This document shows, in pieces, positions 1 through 12,800 of a stretch of 64,000 bases of DNA. The stretch lies in contig JAPMXV010000051.1 in NCBI GenBank assembly GCA_026936335.1, forward strand, positions 124,001 to 188,000. The letters run 5' to 3'. The notes beneath the pieces are model-generated. The model was not told where the DNA came from. It did not search any database and saw only the letters and a list, made by a program, of their open reading frames with translations. This DNA is from Mantamonas sphyraenae STR306 (taxonomy: Eukaryota > Protista > CRuMs). The position numbers and the translations under genes are program-made. The first letter of the stretch is position 1. Each line of letters starts with the position of its first letter.

Positions 1-861
1 CAGCAACAATGATGCGGGTGTGTCCAGTGTCTGGTTTGTCGGAAACCGACGTTGGAAGGCGTGAATGTACTCGCGGACCAAGTCCACCTCGTGGTTCAGT
101 TGCACCCCTACTTGCTCACCCAGGCCACCCTTCACCCCATGACTCGAAAGCATACTTTCCCATTCAACTTGTGTCAGTTTGGGGGACAAGCGCACACTCG
201 TTGGTGAAAACTCCTTCACGGCCAACTCCGCTGCGGAATCTCGTGTGGAAAGAATCACTGCCCCGTTGTCCAGTCCGATGCGCTCAACAAGTCCCCTAAG
301 CTTTTCTCGGTCCGCCACAGTGATTCCGTCGAGTACAACCACCCACAACTGCCCGTCTCGCCCATACAGCTCCTGTACGCGCTGCACAACACGCGTCAGC
401 GTTGAATGCTTGTCCACATAGCCCTCCCTGGTGCCCAGCCTCTCATCCAGGTCCTCCAAACATTCTTGCAACCCATCTCCATGCCCAATTAACCACTTGG
501 ACTTGTTCTGTGGAGAGCGCATGGTCCTGTCCTTCAGCTCGGCTATGGCGCTTGTTTTCCCGCTTTTCGCCGGCCCGCTCACGACGATGAGTCCCCCTGG
601 CCGAATGTACACGTTTTCCATCGCTGTTCGTGGAGTGTTGTTGCTGGATGTGACGACCAGGCGTGCCTCCCGCTCCTTTCGAGCTTGGTTGCTGCGATTT
701 CGTTCTTTGACCCAGGCGTACCCGCTGGATAATCCTGCACACAGTGCAACGCCGTGCACGAGGAGTTGCATTGTATTCGCTACATCCTGTAGCTTTGTGG
801 AGGGGCCCTGTGCTGTTCTCCTTGGAGAGCCAGCAAACGTGCTGGCTGTTCGACGAAACAT
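1..861 (-). CDS. STAND-like P-loop NTPase, 3'-truncated by the window edge; absent from the supplied ORF track
   Basis: Manual translation: the minus frame is stop-free from 978 to 1. First ATG at 861 (MFRRTAS...). Hydrophobic segment LLVHGVALCAGLSSGYAWV (~709-768), Walker A LIVVSGPAKSGKT (~553-591), Walker B WVVVLDGI (~322-345), sensor-1-like VILSTRD (~238-258). Start uncertain; could be a continuation of the upstream giant gene. Confidence 0.75.
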   Translation of the reverse strand, partial: MFRRTASTFAGSPRRTAQGPSTKLQDVANTMQLLVHGVALCAGLSSGYAWVKERNRSNQARKEREARLVVTSSNNTPRTAMENVYIRPGGLIVVSGPAKSGKTSAIAELKDRTMRSPQNKSKWLIGHGDGLQECLEDLDERLGTREGYVDKHSTLTRVVQRVQELYGRDGQLWVVVLDGITVADREKLRGLVERIGLDNGAVILSTRDSAAELAVKEFSPTSVRLSPKLTQVEWESMLSSHGVKGGLGEQVGVQLNHEVDLVREYIHAFQRRFPTNQTLDTPASLLL

Positions 862-896
862 GTTTTGTGTGGCGGCGCTTCGCCTGCATTCATTGT

Positions 897-3800
897 TCAG
901 CGTGAATGCATGCCCACAAGCACTAAAAGGAAAACGAATCCTCCTCCCACAATGCCCAGATTGATGCGGCCATGATCGCTAATGCGGTTGTTGCGGGCTC
1001 GGGATCCATCGTCGTCGCTCCTGCTGCTGTCGGTGTCTGAGTCGGAATCACTGGATTCATCATCTGAGGATTCTGCTCTGTCCCCAGAGTCACCGCCGTT
1101 GCCATCATCGCCACCACCACCTCCACCTCCTCCAGCACCGGCATTCTCGCCACCTTGGGCATCGTCACCTTCACCGTCTCCTCCTCGTTGCGAGCGTATG
1201 TCGCTATTGACATTGTACGTATCACTATCGCTTCCGCTGCCATCGTTGTCCGAGTCTGCATCGCCGGACTCTTCATCTGAGGACACTGGTCTGTCCCCGG
1301 GGTCACCGCCGTCGCTATCATCGTCTCCACCTCCTCCACCTCTTCCAGCACCGGGATTCTCGCCACCTTGGGCATCGTCACCTTCACCGTCTCCTCCTCG
1401 TTGCGAGCGTATGTCGCTATTGACATTGTACGTATCACTATCGCTTCCGCTGCCATCGTTGTCCGAGTCTGCATCGCCGGACTCTTCATCTGAGGACACT
1501 GGTCTGTCCCCGGGGTCACCGCCGTCGCTATCATCGTCTCCACCTCCTCCACCTCTTCCAGCACCGGGATTCTCGCCACCTTGGGCATCGTCACCTTCAC
1601 CGTCTCCTCCTCGTTGCGAGCGAATGTCGCTATTGACATTGTACGTATCACTATCGCTTCCGCTGCCATCGTTGTCCGAGTCTGCATCGCCGGACTCTCC
1701 ATCTGAGGACACTGGTCTGTCCCCGGGGTCACCGCCGTCGCTATCGTCGCTACCACCATCTCCACCTCCACCTCTACCCATTTCAGCAGTATTCCCGACA
1801 CCTTGAGCATTGTCGCCTTCATCAGGTTGCGAGTGAATGTCGCTGTTGGCGGGGGAAGAGGATTGATCCTCCTGACCACCTGTCGAGACCGTACTTACTG
1901 CTTCTTCGACATTGTCACGAGCGAAAGAGCGGACAAGTTCCCCATGCCGCAGCGACCGGTTGTTCTCTCCCTTGGTATCGTGCACCGCAGCAATGGTCTT
2001 CAAACTTCTTACCGAGCCCTCATTCTCCTCCCTATCCCGGTTCGAGGACCATAGCGTCTCGGTGCATTTCTTGATGCTATTCAAGACAGCGAGCACGAGC
2101 TGACGGGATGCTTGTGTCGTTAGGAGGATCACTCTTGCTTGTTCATACAGCGCAAGCCCGATCGTACTCTCCCTTGGCCTGGTACACCCCAGCCATGTTG
2201 TTGATGCTCGCGGCCACATGTGCTCATCCCCACCATGCACCCGCGCATCTCCAGTGCCTGTTCGATCAGTGCCCGATCGTACTCTCCCTTGGCTAGTACA
2301 CCGCAGCCATGTTGTTGATGCTCGCGGCCACATCCGGGTGCTCATCCCCACCATGCACCCGTCGCCTGATCTCCAGTGCCTGTTCATGCAGCTCCAGTGC
2401 CCGATCGTACTCTCCCTTGGCATAGTACACCGCAGCCATGTTGTGGATGATCTTGGCCACACTCGGGTGCTCATCCCCACCATGCACCCGTCGCCTGATC
2501 TCCAGTGCCTGCTCATACAGCTCCAGTGCCTGATCGTACTCTCCCTTGGCCTCGTACACCGCAGCCATGTTGTAGATGCTCGCAGCGACTTCCGGGTGCT
2601 CACTCCCACCATGCACCCGTCGCCTGATCGCCAGTGCCTTCTCATACAGCTCCAGTGCCTGATCGTACTCTCCCTTGGCATGGTACACCACAGCCATGTT
2701 GTGGATGCTCGTGGCCACATCCGGGTGCTCATCCCCACCATGCACCCGTCGCCTGATCTCCAGTGCCTGTTCATGCAGCTCCAGTGCCCGATCGTACTCT
2801 CCCTTGGCATAGTACACCGCAGCCATGTTGTGGATGATCTTGGCCACACTCGGGTGCTCATCCCCACCATGCACCCGTCGCCTGATCTCCAGTGCCTGCT
2901 CATACAGCTCCAGTGCCTGATCGTACTCTCCCTTGGCCTCGTACACCGCAGCCATGTTGTAGATGCTCGCAGCGACTTCCGGGTGCTCACTCCCACCATG
3001 CACCCGTCGCCTGATCGCCAGTGCCTTCTCATACAGCTCCAGTGCCTGATCGTACTCTCCCTTGGCATGGTACACCACAGCCATGTTGTGGATGCTCGTG
3101 GCCACATCCGGGTGCTCATCCCCACCATGCACCCGTCGCCTGATCTCCAGTGCCTGTTCATGCAACTCCAGTGCCCGATCGTACTCCCCCTTGGCATAGT
3201 ACACCGCAGCCATGTTGTGGATGCTCGCAGCGACTTCCGGGTGCTCATCCCCACCATGCACCCGTCGCCTGATCGCCAGTGCCTGCTCATACAGCTCCAG
3301 TGCCTGATCGTACTCTCCCTTGGCCTCGTACACCGCAGCCATGTTGTGGATGCTCGCAGCGACTTCCGGGTGCTCATCCCCACCATGCACCCGTCGCCTG
3401 ATCCCCAGTGCCTGCTCATACAGCTCCAGTGCCTGATCGTACTCTCCGTTGGCCTCGTACACCGCAGCCATGTTGTGGATGCTCGCAGCGACTTCCGGGT
3501 GCTCATCCCCACCATGCACCCGCCGCTTGATCTCCAGTGCCTGCTCATACAGCTCCAGTGCCTGATCGTACTCTCCCTTGGCATCGTACACCACAGCCAT
3601 GTTGTGGATGCTCGCAGCGACTTCCGGGTGCTCATCCCCACCATGCACCCGTCGCCTGATCTCCAGTGCCTGTTCATGCAACTCCAGTGCCCGATCGTAC
3701 TCCCCCTTGGCATAGTACACCGCAGCCATGTTGTGGATGCTCGCAGCGACTTCCGGGTGCTCATCCCCACCATGCACCCGTCGCCTGATCGCCAGTGCCT

Positions 3801-6800
3801 GCTCATACAGCTCCAGTGCCTGATCGTACTCTCCCTTGGCCTCGTACACCGCAGCCATGTTGTGGATGCTCGCAGCGACTTCCGGGTGCTCATCCCCACC
3901 ATGCACCCGTCGCCTGATCTCCAGTGCCTGCTCATGCAGTTGCAGTGCCCGATCGTACTCTCCCTTGGCATGGTACACCACAGCCATGTTGTGGATGCTC
4001 GCAGCGACTTCCGGGTGCTCATCCCCACCATGCACCCGTCGCCTGATCTCCAGTGCCTGCTCATGCAACTCCAGTGCCCGATCGTACTCTCCCTTGGCAT
4101 GGTACACCACAGCCATGTTGTGGATGCTCGCAGCGACTTCCGGGTGCTCATCCCCACCATGCACCCGTCGCCTGATCTTCAGTGCCTGCTCATACAGCTC
4201 CAGTGCCCGATCGTACTCTCCCTTGGCCTCATACACCTCAGCCATGTTGTGGATGCTCGTGGCCACATCCGGGTGCTCATTCCCACCATGCACCCGTCGC
4301 CTGATCGCCAGTGCCTGCTCATGCAACTCCAGTGCCCGATCGTACTCTCCCTTGGTATGGTACACCACAGCCATGTTGTGCATGATCTTGGCCACACTCG
4401 GGTGCTCATCCCCACCATGCACCCGTCGCCTGATCTCCAGTGCCTGTTCATGCAACTCCAGTGCCCGATCGTACTCCCCCTTGGCATAGTACACCGCAGC
4501 CATGTTGTGGATGCTCGATGCCACATCCGGGTGCTCATCCCCACCATGCACCCGTCGCCTGATCTCCAGTGCCTGTTCATGCAACTCCAGTGCCCGATCG
4601 TACTCTCCCTTGGCATCGTACACCACAGCCATGTTGTGGATGCTCGTGGCCACATCCGGGTGCTCATCCCCACCATGCACCCGTCGCCTGATCTCCAGTG
4701 CCTGCTCATACAGCTCCAGTGCCTGATCGTACTCTCCCTTGGCCTCGTACACCGCAGCCATGTTGTGGATGCTCGCAGCGACTTCCGGGTGCTCATCCCC
4801 ACCATGCACCCGTCGCCTGATCGCCAGTGCCTGCTCATACAGCTCCAGTGCCTGATCGTACTCTCCCTTGGCCTCGTACACCGCAGCCATGTTGTGGATG
4901 CTCGCAGCGACTTCCGGGTGCTCATCCCCACCATGCACCCGTCGCCTGATCGCCAGTGCCTGCTCATACAGCTCCAGTGCCTGATCGTACTCTCCCTTGG
5001 CCTCGTACACCGCAGCCATGTTGTGGATGCTCGCAGCGACTTCCGGGTGCTCATCCCCACCATGCACCCGTCGCCTGATCCCCAGTGCCTGCTCATACAG
5101 CTCCAGTGCCTGATCGTACTCTCCGTTGGCCTCGTACACCGCAGCCATGTTGTGGATGCTCGCAGCGACTTCCGGGTGCTCATCCCCACCATGCACCCGT
5201 CGCCTGATCTCCAGTGCCTGCTCATGCAACTCCAGTGCCCGATCGTACTCTCCCTTGGTATGGTACACCACAGCCATGTTGTGGATGCTCGTGGCCACAT
5301 CCGGGTGCTCATCCCCACCATGCACCCGTCGCCTGATCTCCAGTGCCTTCTCATGCAACTCCAGTGCCCGATCGTACTCTCCCTTGGCATAGTACACCTC
5401 AGCCATGTTGTGGATGCTCGCAGCGACTTCCGGGTGCTCATCCCCACCATGCACCCGTCGCCTGATCGCCAGTGCCTGCTCATACAGCTCCAGTGCCTGA
5501 TCGTACTCTCCCTTGGCATCGTACACCACAGCCATGTTGTGGATGCTCGTGGCCACATCCGGGTGCTCATCCCCACCATGCACCCGTCGCCTGATCTCCA
5601 GTGCCTGTTCATGCAACTCCAGTGCCCGATCGTACTCCCCCTTGGCATAGTACACCGCAGCCATGTTGTGGATGCTCGCAGCGACTTCCGGGTGCTCATC
5701 CCCACCATGCACCCGTCGCCTGATCGCCAGTGCCTGCTCATACAGCTCCAGTGCCTGATCGTACTCTCCCTTGGCCTCGTACACCGCAGCCATGTTGTGG
5801 ATGCTCGCAGCGACTTCCGGGTGCTCATCCCCACCATGCACCCGTCGCCTGATCCCCAGTGCCTGCTCATACAGCTCCAGTGCCTGATCGTACTCTCCGT
5901 TGGCCTCGTACACCGCAGCCATGTTGTGGATGCTCGCAGCGACTTCCGGGTGCTCATCCCCACCATGCACCCGTCGCCTGATCTCCAGTGCCTGCTCATG
6001 CAACTCCAGTGCCCGATCGTACTCTCCCTTGGCATAGTACACCTCAGCCATGTTGTGGATGCTCGCAGCGACTTCCGGGTGCTCATCCCCACCATGCACC
6101 CGTCGTCTGATCTCCAGTGCCTGCTCATGCAACTCCAGTGCCCGATCGTACTCTCCCTTGGCATAGTACACCTCAGCCATGTTGTGGATGCTCGCAGCGA
6201 CTTCCGGGTGCTCATCCCCACCATGCACCCGTCGTCTGATCTCCAGTGCCTGCTCATGCAACTCCAGTGCCCGATCGTACTCTCCCTTGGCATGGTACAC
6301 CACAGCCATGTTGTGGATGCTTGCAGCGACTTCCGGGTGCTCATCCCCACCATGCACCCGTCGCCTGATCGCCAGTGCCTGTTCATGCAGTTGCAGTGCC
6401 CGATCGTACTCTCCCTTGGCATGGTACACCACAGCCATGTTGTGGATGCTCGCAGCGACTTCCGGGTGCTCATCCCCACCATGCACCCGTCGCCTGATCT
6501 CCAGTGCCTGCTCATGCAACTCCAGTGCCCGATCGTACTCTCCCTTGGCATCGTACACCACAGCCATGTTGTGGATGCTCGCAGCGACTTCCGGGTGCTC
6601 ATCCCCACCATGCACCCGTCGCCTGATCTCCAGTGCCTGCTCATGCAACTCCAGTGCCCGATCGTACTCTCCCTTGGCCTCGTACACCTCAGCCATGTTG
6701 TGGATGCTCGATGCCACATCCGGGTGCTCATCCCCACCATGCACCCGTCGCCTGATCGCCAGTGCCTGCTCATACAGCTCCAGTGCCTGATCGTACTCTC

Positions 6801-9800
6801 CCTTGGCCTCGTACACCGCAGCCATGTTGTGGATGCTCGCAGCGACTTCCGGGTGCTCATCCCCACCATGCACCCGTCGCCTGATCTCCAGTGCCTGCTC
6901 AAACAGCTCCAGTGCCCGATCGTACTCTCCCTTGGCATAGTACACCTCAGCCATGTTGTGGATGCTCGCAGCGACTTCCGGGTGCTCATCCCCACCATGC
7001 ACCCGTCGCCTGATCTCCAGTGCCTGCTCATGCAACTCCAGTGCCCGATCGTACTCTCCCTTGGCATCGTACACCACAGCCATGTTGTGGATGCTCGCAG
7101 CGACTTCCGGGTGCTCATCCCCACCATGCACCCGTCGCCTGATCTCCAGTGCCTGCTCATGCAACTCCAGTGCCCGATCGTACTCTCCCTTGGCATAGTA
7201 CACCTCAGCCATGTTGTGGATGCTCGCAGCGACTTCCGGGTGCTCATCCCCACCATGCACCCGTCGCCTGATCTCCAGTGCCTGCTCATGCAACTCCAGT
7301 GCCCGATCGTACTCTCCCTTGGCCTCGTACACCTCAGCCATGTTGTGGATGCTCGATGCCACATCCGGGTGCTCATCCCCACCATGCACCCGTCGCCTGA
7401 TCGCCAGTGCCTGCTCATGCAACTCCAGTGCCCGATCGTACTCTCCCTTGGTATGGTACACCAAAGCCATGTTGTGGATGCTCGTGGCCACAGACGGGTG
7501 CTCATCCCCACCATGCACCCGTCGCCTGATCGCCAGTGCCTGCTCATACAGCTCCAGTGCCTGATCGTACTCTCCCTTGGCCTGATACACCTCAGCCATG
7601 TTGTGGATGCTCGCAGCGACTTCCGGGTGCTCATCCCCACCATGCACCCGTCGCCTGATCGCCAGTGCCTGCTCATACAGCTCCAGTGCCCGATCGTACT
7701 CTCCCTTGGCATAGTACCCCTCAGCCATGTTGTGGATGCTCGCAGCGACTTCCGGGTGCTCATCCCCACCATGCACCCGTCGTCTGATCTCCAGTGCCTG
7801 CTCATGCAACTCCAGTGCCCGATCGTACTCTCCCTTGGCATGGTACAACTTAGCCATGTTGCTGATGCTCGTGGCCACACCCGAGGGTTGATCTCCACCA
7901 TGCAGCCGTCGCTTGATCTCCAGAGCCTGCTGATACAGCTCCAGTGCCTGATCGTACTCTCCCTTGGCATGGTACACCACAGCCATGTTGTGGATGATCG
8001 TGGCCACACTCGGGTGCTCATCTCCACCATGCACCCGTCGCCTGATCTCCAGTGCCTGCTCATGCAACTCCAGTGCCCGATCGTACTCTCCCTTGGTATG
8101 GTACACCACAGCCATGTTGTGGATGCTCGATGCCACATCCGGGTGCTCATCCCCACCATGCACCCGTCGCCTGATCTCCAGTGCCTGCTCATGCAACTCC
8201 AGTGCCCGATCGTACTCTCCCTTGGTATGGTACACCAAAGCCATGTTGTGGATGCTCGTGGCCACATCCGGGTGCTCATCCCCACCATGCACCCGTCGCC
8301 TGATCTCCAGTGCCTGCTCATGCAACTCCAGTGCCCGATCGTACTCCCCCTTGGCATGGTACACCACAGCCATGTTGTGGATGCTCGTGGCCACAGACGG
8401 GTGCTCATCCCCACCATGCACCCGTCGCCTGATCGCCAGTGCCTGCTCATACAGCTCCAGTGCCTGATCGTACTCTCCCTTGGCCTGATACACCTCAGCC
8501 ATGTTGTGGATGCTCGCAGCGACTTCCGGGTGCTCATCCCCACCATGCACCCGTCGCCTGATCGCCAGTGCCTGCTCATACAGCTCCAGTGCCCGATCGT
8601 ACTTTCCCTTGGCATCGTACACCACAGCCATGTTGTGGATGCTCGCAGCGACTTCCGGGTGCTCATCCCCACCATGCACCCGTCGCCTGATCGCCAGTGC
8701 CTTCTCATACAGCTCCAGTGCCTGATCGTACTCTCCCTTGGCATAGTACACCTCAGCCATGTTGTGGATGCTCGCAGCGACTTCCGGGTGCTCATCCCCA
8801 CCATGCACCCGTCGTCTGATCTCCAGTGCCTGCTCATGCAACTCCAGTGCCCGATCGTACTCTCCCTTGGCATGGTACACCACAGCCATGTTGCTGATGC
8901 TCGTGGCCACACCCGAGGGTTGATCTCCACCATGCAGCCGTCGCTTGATCGCCAGTGCCTGCTGATACAGCTCCAGTGCCTGATCGTACTCTCCCTTGGC
9001 ATGGTACACCACAGCCATGTTTTGGATGCTCGTGGCCACAGACGGGTGCTCATCTCCACCATGCACCCGTCGCCTGATCTCCAGTGCCTGTTCATACAGC
9101 TCCAGTGCCCGATCGTACTCTCCCTTGGCATGGTACACCACAGCCATGTTGGATGATCGTGGCCACACTCGGGTGCTCATCTCCACCATGCACCCGTCGC
9201 CTGATCGCCAGTGCCTGCTCATGCAACTCCAGTGCCCGATCGTACTCTCCCTTGGCATCGTACACCTCAGACATGTTGTGGATGCTCGCAGCGACTTTCG
9301 GGTGCTCATCCCCACCATGCACCCGTCGCCTGATCTCCAGTGCCTGCTCATGCAACTCCAGTGCCCGATCGTACTCTCCCTTGGCATAGTACACCTCAGC
9401 CATGTTGTGGATGCTCGCAGCGACTTCCGGGTGCTCATCCCCACCATGCACCCGTCGCCTGATCTCCAGTGCCTGCTCATGCAACTCCAGTGCCCGATCG
9501 TACTCTCCCTTGGTATGGTACACCACAGCCATGTTGTGGATGCTCGCAGCGACTTCCGGGTGCTCATCCCCACCATGCACCCGTCGCCTGATCTCCAGTG
9601 CCTGTTCATGCAACTCCAGTGCCCGATCGTACTCTCCCTTGGCCTCGTACACCTCAGCCATGTTGTGGATGCTCGATGCCACATCCGGGTGCTCATCCCC
9701 ACCATGCACCCGTCGCCTGATCTCCAGTGCCTGCTCATGCAACTCCAGTGCCCGATCGTACTCTCCCTTGGTATGGTACACCAAAGCCATGTTGTGGATG

Positions 9801-12800
9801 CTCGTGGCCACATCCGGGTGCTCATCCCCACCATGCACCCGTCGCCTGATCTCCAGTGCCTGCTCATGCAACTCCAGTGCCCGATCGTACTCCCCCTTGG
9901 CATGGTACACCACAGCCATGTTGTGGATGCTCGTGGCCACAGACGGGTGCTCATCCCCACCATGCACCCGTCGCCTGATCGCCAGTGCCTGCTCATACAG
10001 CTCCAGTGCCTGATCGTACTCTCCCTTGGCCTGATACACCTCAGCCATGTTGTGGATGCTCGCAGCGACTTCCGGGTGCTCATCCCCACCATGCACCCGT
10101 CGCCTGATCGCCAGTGCCTGCTCATACAGCTCCAGTGCCTGATCGTACTCTCCCTTGGCATCGTACACCACAGCCATGTTGTGGATGCTCGTGGCCACAT
10201 CCGGGTGCTCATCCCCACCATGCACCCGTCGCCTGATCTCCAGTGCCTGTTCATGCAACTCCAGTGCCCGATCGTACTCCCCCTTGGCATAGTACACCGC
10301 AGCCATGTTGTGGATGCTCGCAGCGACTTCCGGGTGCTCATCCCCACCATGCACCCGTCGTCTGATCTCCAGTGCCTGCTCATGCAACTCCAGTGCCCGA
10401 TCGTACTCTCCCTTGGCATGGTACAACTTAGCCATGTTGCTGATGCTCGTGGCCACACCCGAGGGTTGATCTCCACCATGCAGCCGTCGCTTGATCTCCA
10501 GTGCCTGCTGATACAGCTCCAGTGCCTGATCGTACTCTCCCTTGGCATGGTACACCACAGCCATGTTGTGGATGATCGTGGCCACACTCGGGTGCTCATC
10601 TCCACCATGCACCCGTCGCCTGATCTCCAGTGCCTGCTCATGCAACTCCAGTGCCCGATCGTACTCTCCCTTGGCATAGTACACCTCAGCCATGTTGTGG
10701 ATGCTCGATGCCACATCCGGGTGCTCATCCCCACCATGCACCCGTCGCCTGATCTCCAGTGCCTGCTCATGCAACTCCAGTGCCCGATCGTACTCTCCCT
10801 TGGTATGGTACACCAAAGCCATGTTGTGGATGCTCGTGGCCACATCCGGGTGCTCATCCCCACCATGCACCCGTCGCCTGATCTCCAGTGCCTGCTCATG
10901 CAACTCCAGTGCCCGATCGTACTCCCCCTTGGCATGGTACACCACAGCCATGTTGTGGATGCTCGTGGCCACAGACGGGTGCTCATCCCCACCATGCACC
11001 CGTCGCCTGATCGCCAGTGCCTGCTCATACAGCTCCAGTGCCTGATCGTACTCTCCCTTGGCCTGATACACCTCAGCCATGTTGTGGATGCTCGCAGCGA
11101 CTTCCGGGTGCTCATCCCCACCATGCACCCGTCGCCTGATCGCCAGTGCCTGCTCATACAGCTCCAGTGCCCGATCGTACTTTCCCTTGGCATCGTACAC
11201 CACAGCCATGTTGTGGATGCTCGCAGCGACTTCCGGGTGCTCATCCCCACCATGCACCCGTCGCCTGATCGCCAGTGCCTTCTCATACAGCTCCAGTGCC
11301 TGATCGTACTCTCCCTTGGCATAGTACACCTCAGCCATGTTGTGGATGCTCGCAGCGACTTCCGGGTGCTCATCCCCACCATGCACCCGTCGTCTGATCT
11401 CCAGTGCCTGCTCATGCAACTCCAGTGCCCGATCGTACTCTCCCTTGGCATGGTACACCACAGCCATGTTGCTGATGCTCGTGGCCACACCCGAGGGTTG
11501 ATCTCCACCATGCAGCCGTCGCTTGATCGCCAGTGCCTGCTGATACAGCTCCAGTGCCTGATCGTACTTTCCCTTGGCATGGTACACCACAGCCATGTTT
11601 TGGATGCTCGTGGCCACAGACGGGTGCTCATCTCCACCATGCACCCGTCGCCTGATCTCCAGTGCCTGTTCATACAGCTCCAGTGCCCGATCGTACTCTC
11701 CCTTGGCATGGTACACCACAGCCATGTTGTGGATGATCGTGGCCACACTCGGGTGCTCATCTCCACCATGCACCCGTCGCCTGATCGCCAGTGCCTGCTC
11801 ATGCAACTCCAGTGCCCGATCGTACTCTCCCTTGGCATCGTACACCTCAGACATGTTGTGGATGCTCGCAGCGACTTTCGGGTGCTCATCCCCACCATGC
11901 ACCCGTCGCCTGATCTCCAGTGCCTGCTCATGCAACTCCAGTGCCCGATCGTACTCTCCCTTGGCATAGTACACCTCAGCCATGTTGTGGATGCTCGCAG
12001 CGACTTCCGGGTGCTCATCCCCACCATGCACCCGTCGCCTGATCTCCAGTGCCTGCTCATGCAACTCCAGTGCCCGATCGTACTCTCCCTTGGCATAGTA
12101 CACCACAGCCATGTTGTGGATGCTCGCAGCGACTTCCGGGTGCTCATCCCCACCATGCACCCGTCGCCTGATCTCCAGTGCCTGCTCATGCAACTCCAGT
12201 GCCCGATCGTACTCTCCCTTGGCCTCGTACACCTCAGCCATGTTGTGGATGCTCGATGCCACATCCGGGTGCTCATCCCCACCATGCACCCGTCGCCTGA
12301 TCTCCAGTGCCTGCTCATGCAACTCCAGTGCCCGATCGTACTCTCCCTTGGTATGGTACACCAAAGCCATGTTGTGGATGCTCGTGGCCACATCCGGGTG
12401 CTCATCCCCACCATGCACCCGTCGCCTGATCTCCAGTGCCTGCTCATGCAACTCCAGTGCCCGATCGTACTCCCCCTTGGCATGGTACACCACAGCCATG
12501 TTGTGGATGCTCGTGGCCACAGACGGGTGCTCATCCCCACCATGCACCCGTCGCCTGATCGCCAGTGCCTGCTCATACAGCTCCAGTGCCTGATCGTACT
12601 CTCCCTTGGCCTGATACACCTCAGCCATGTTGTGGATGCTCGCAGCGACTTCCGGGTGCTCATCCCCACCATGCACCCGTCGCCTGATCGCCAGTGCCTG
12701 CTCATACAGCTCCAGTGCCTGATCGTACTCTCCCTTGGCATCGTACACCACAGCCATGTTGTGGATGCTCGTGGCCACATCCGGGTGCTCATCCCCACCA

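Noticed and set aside
431-964. ORFs 431..964 (+) and 443..889 (-) as genes
   Set aside because: They overlap the minus frame that carries clear Walker A/B motifs and show no recognisable features themselves.
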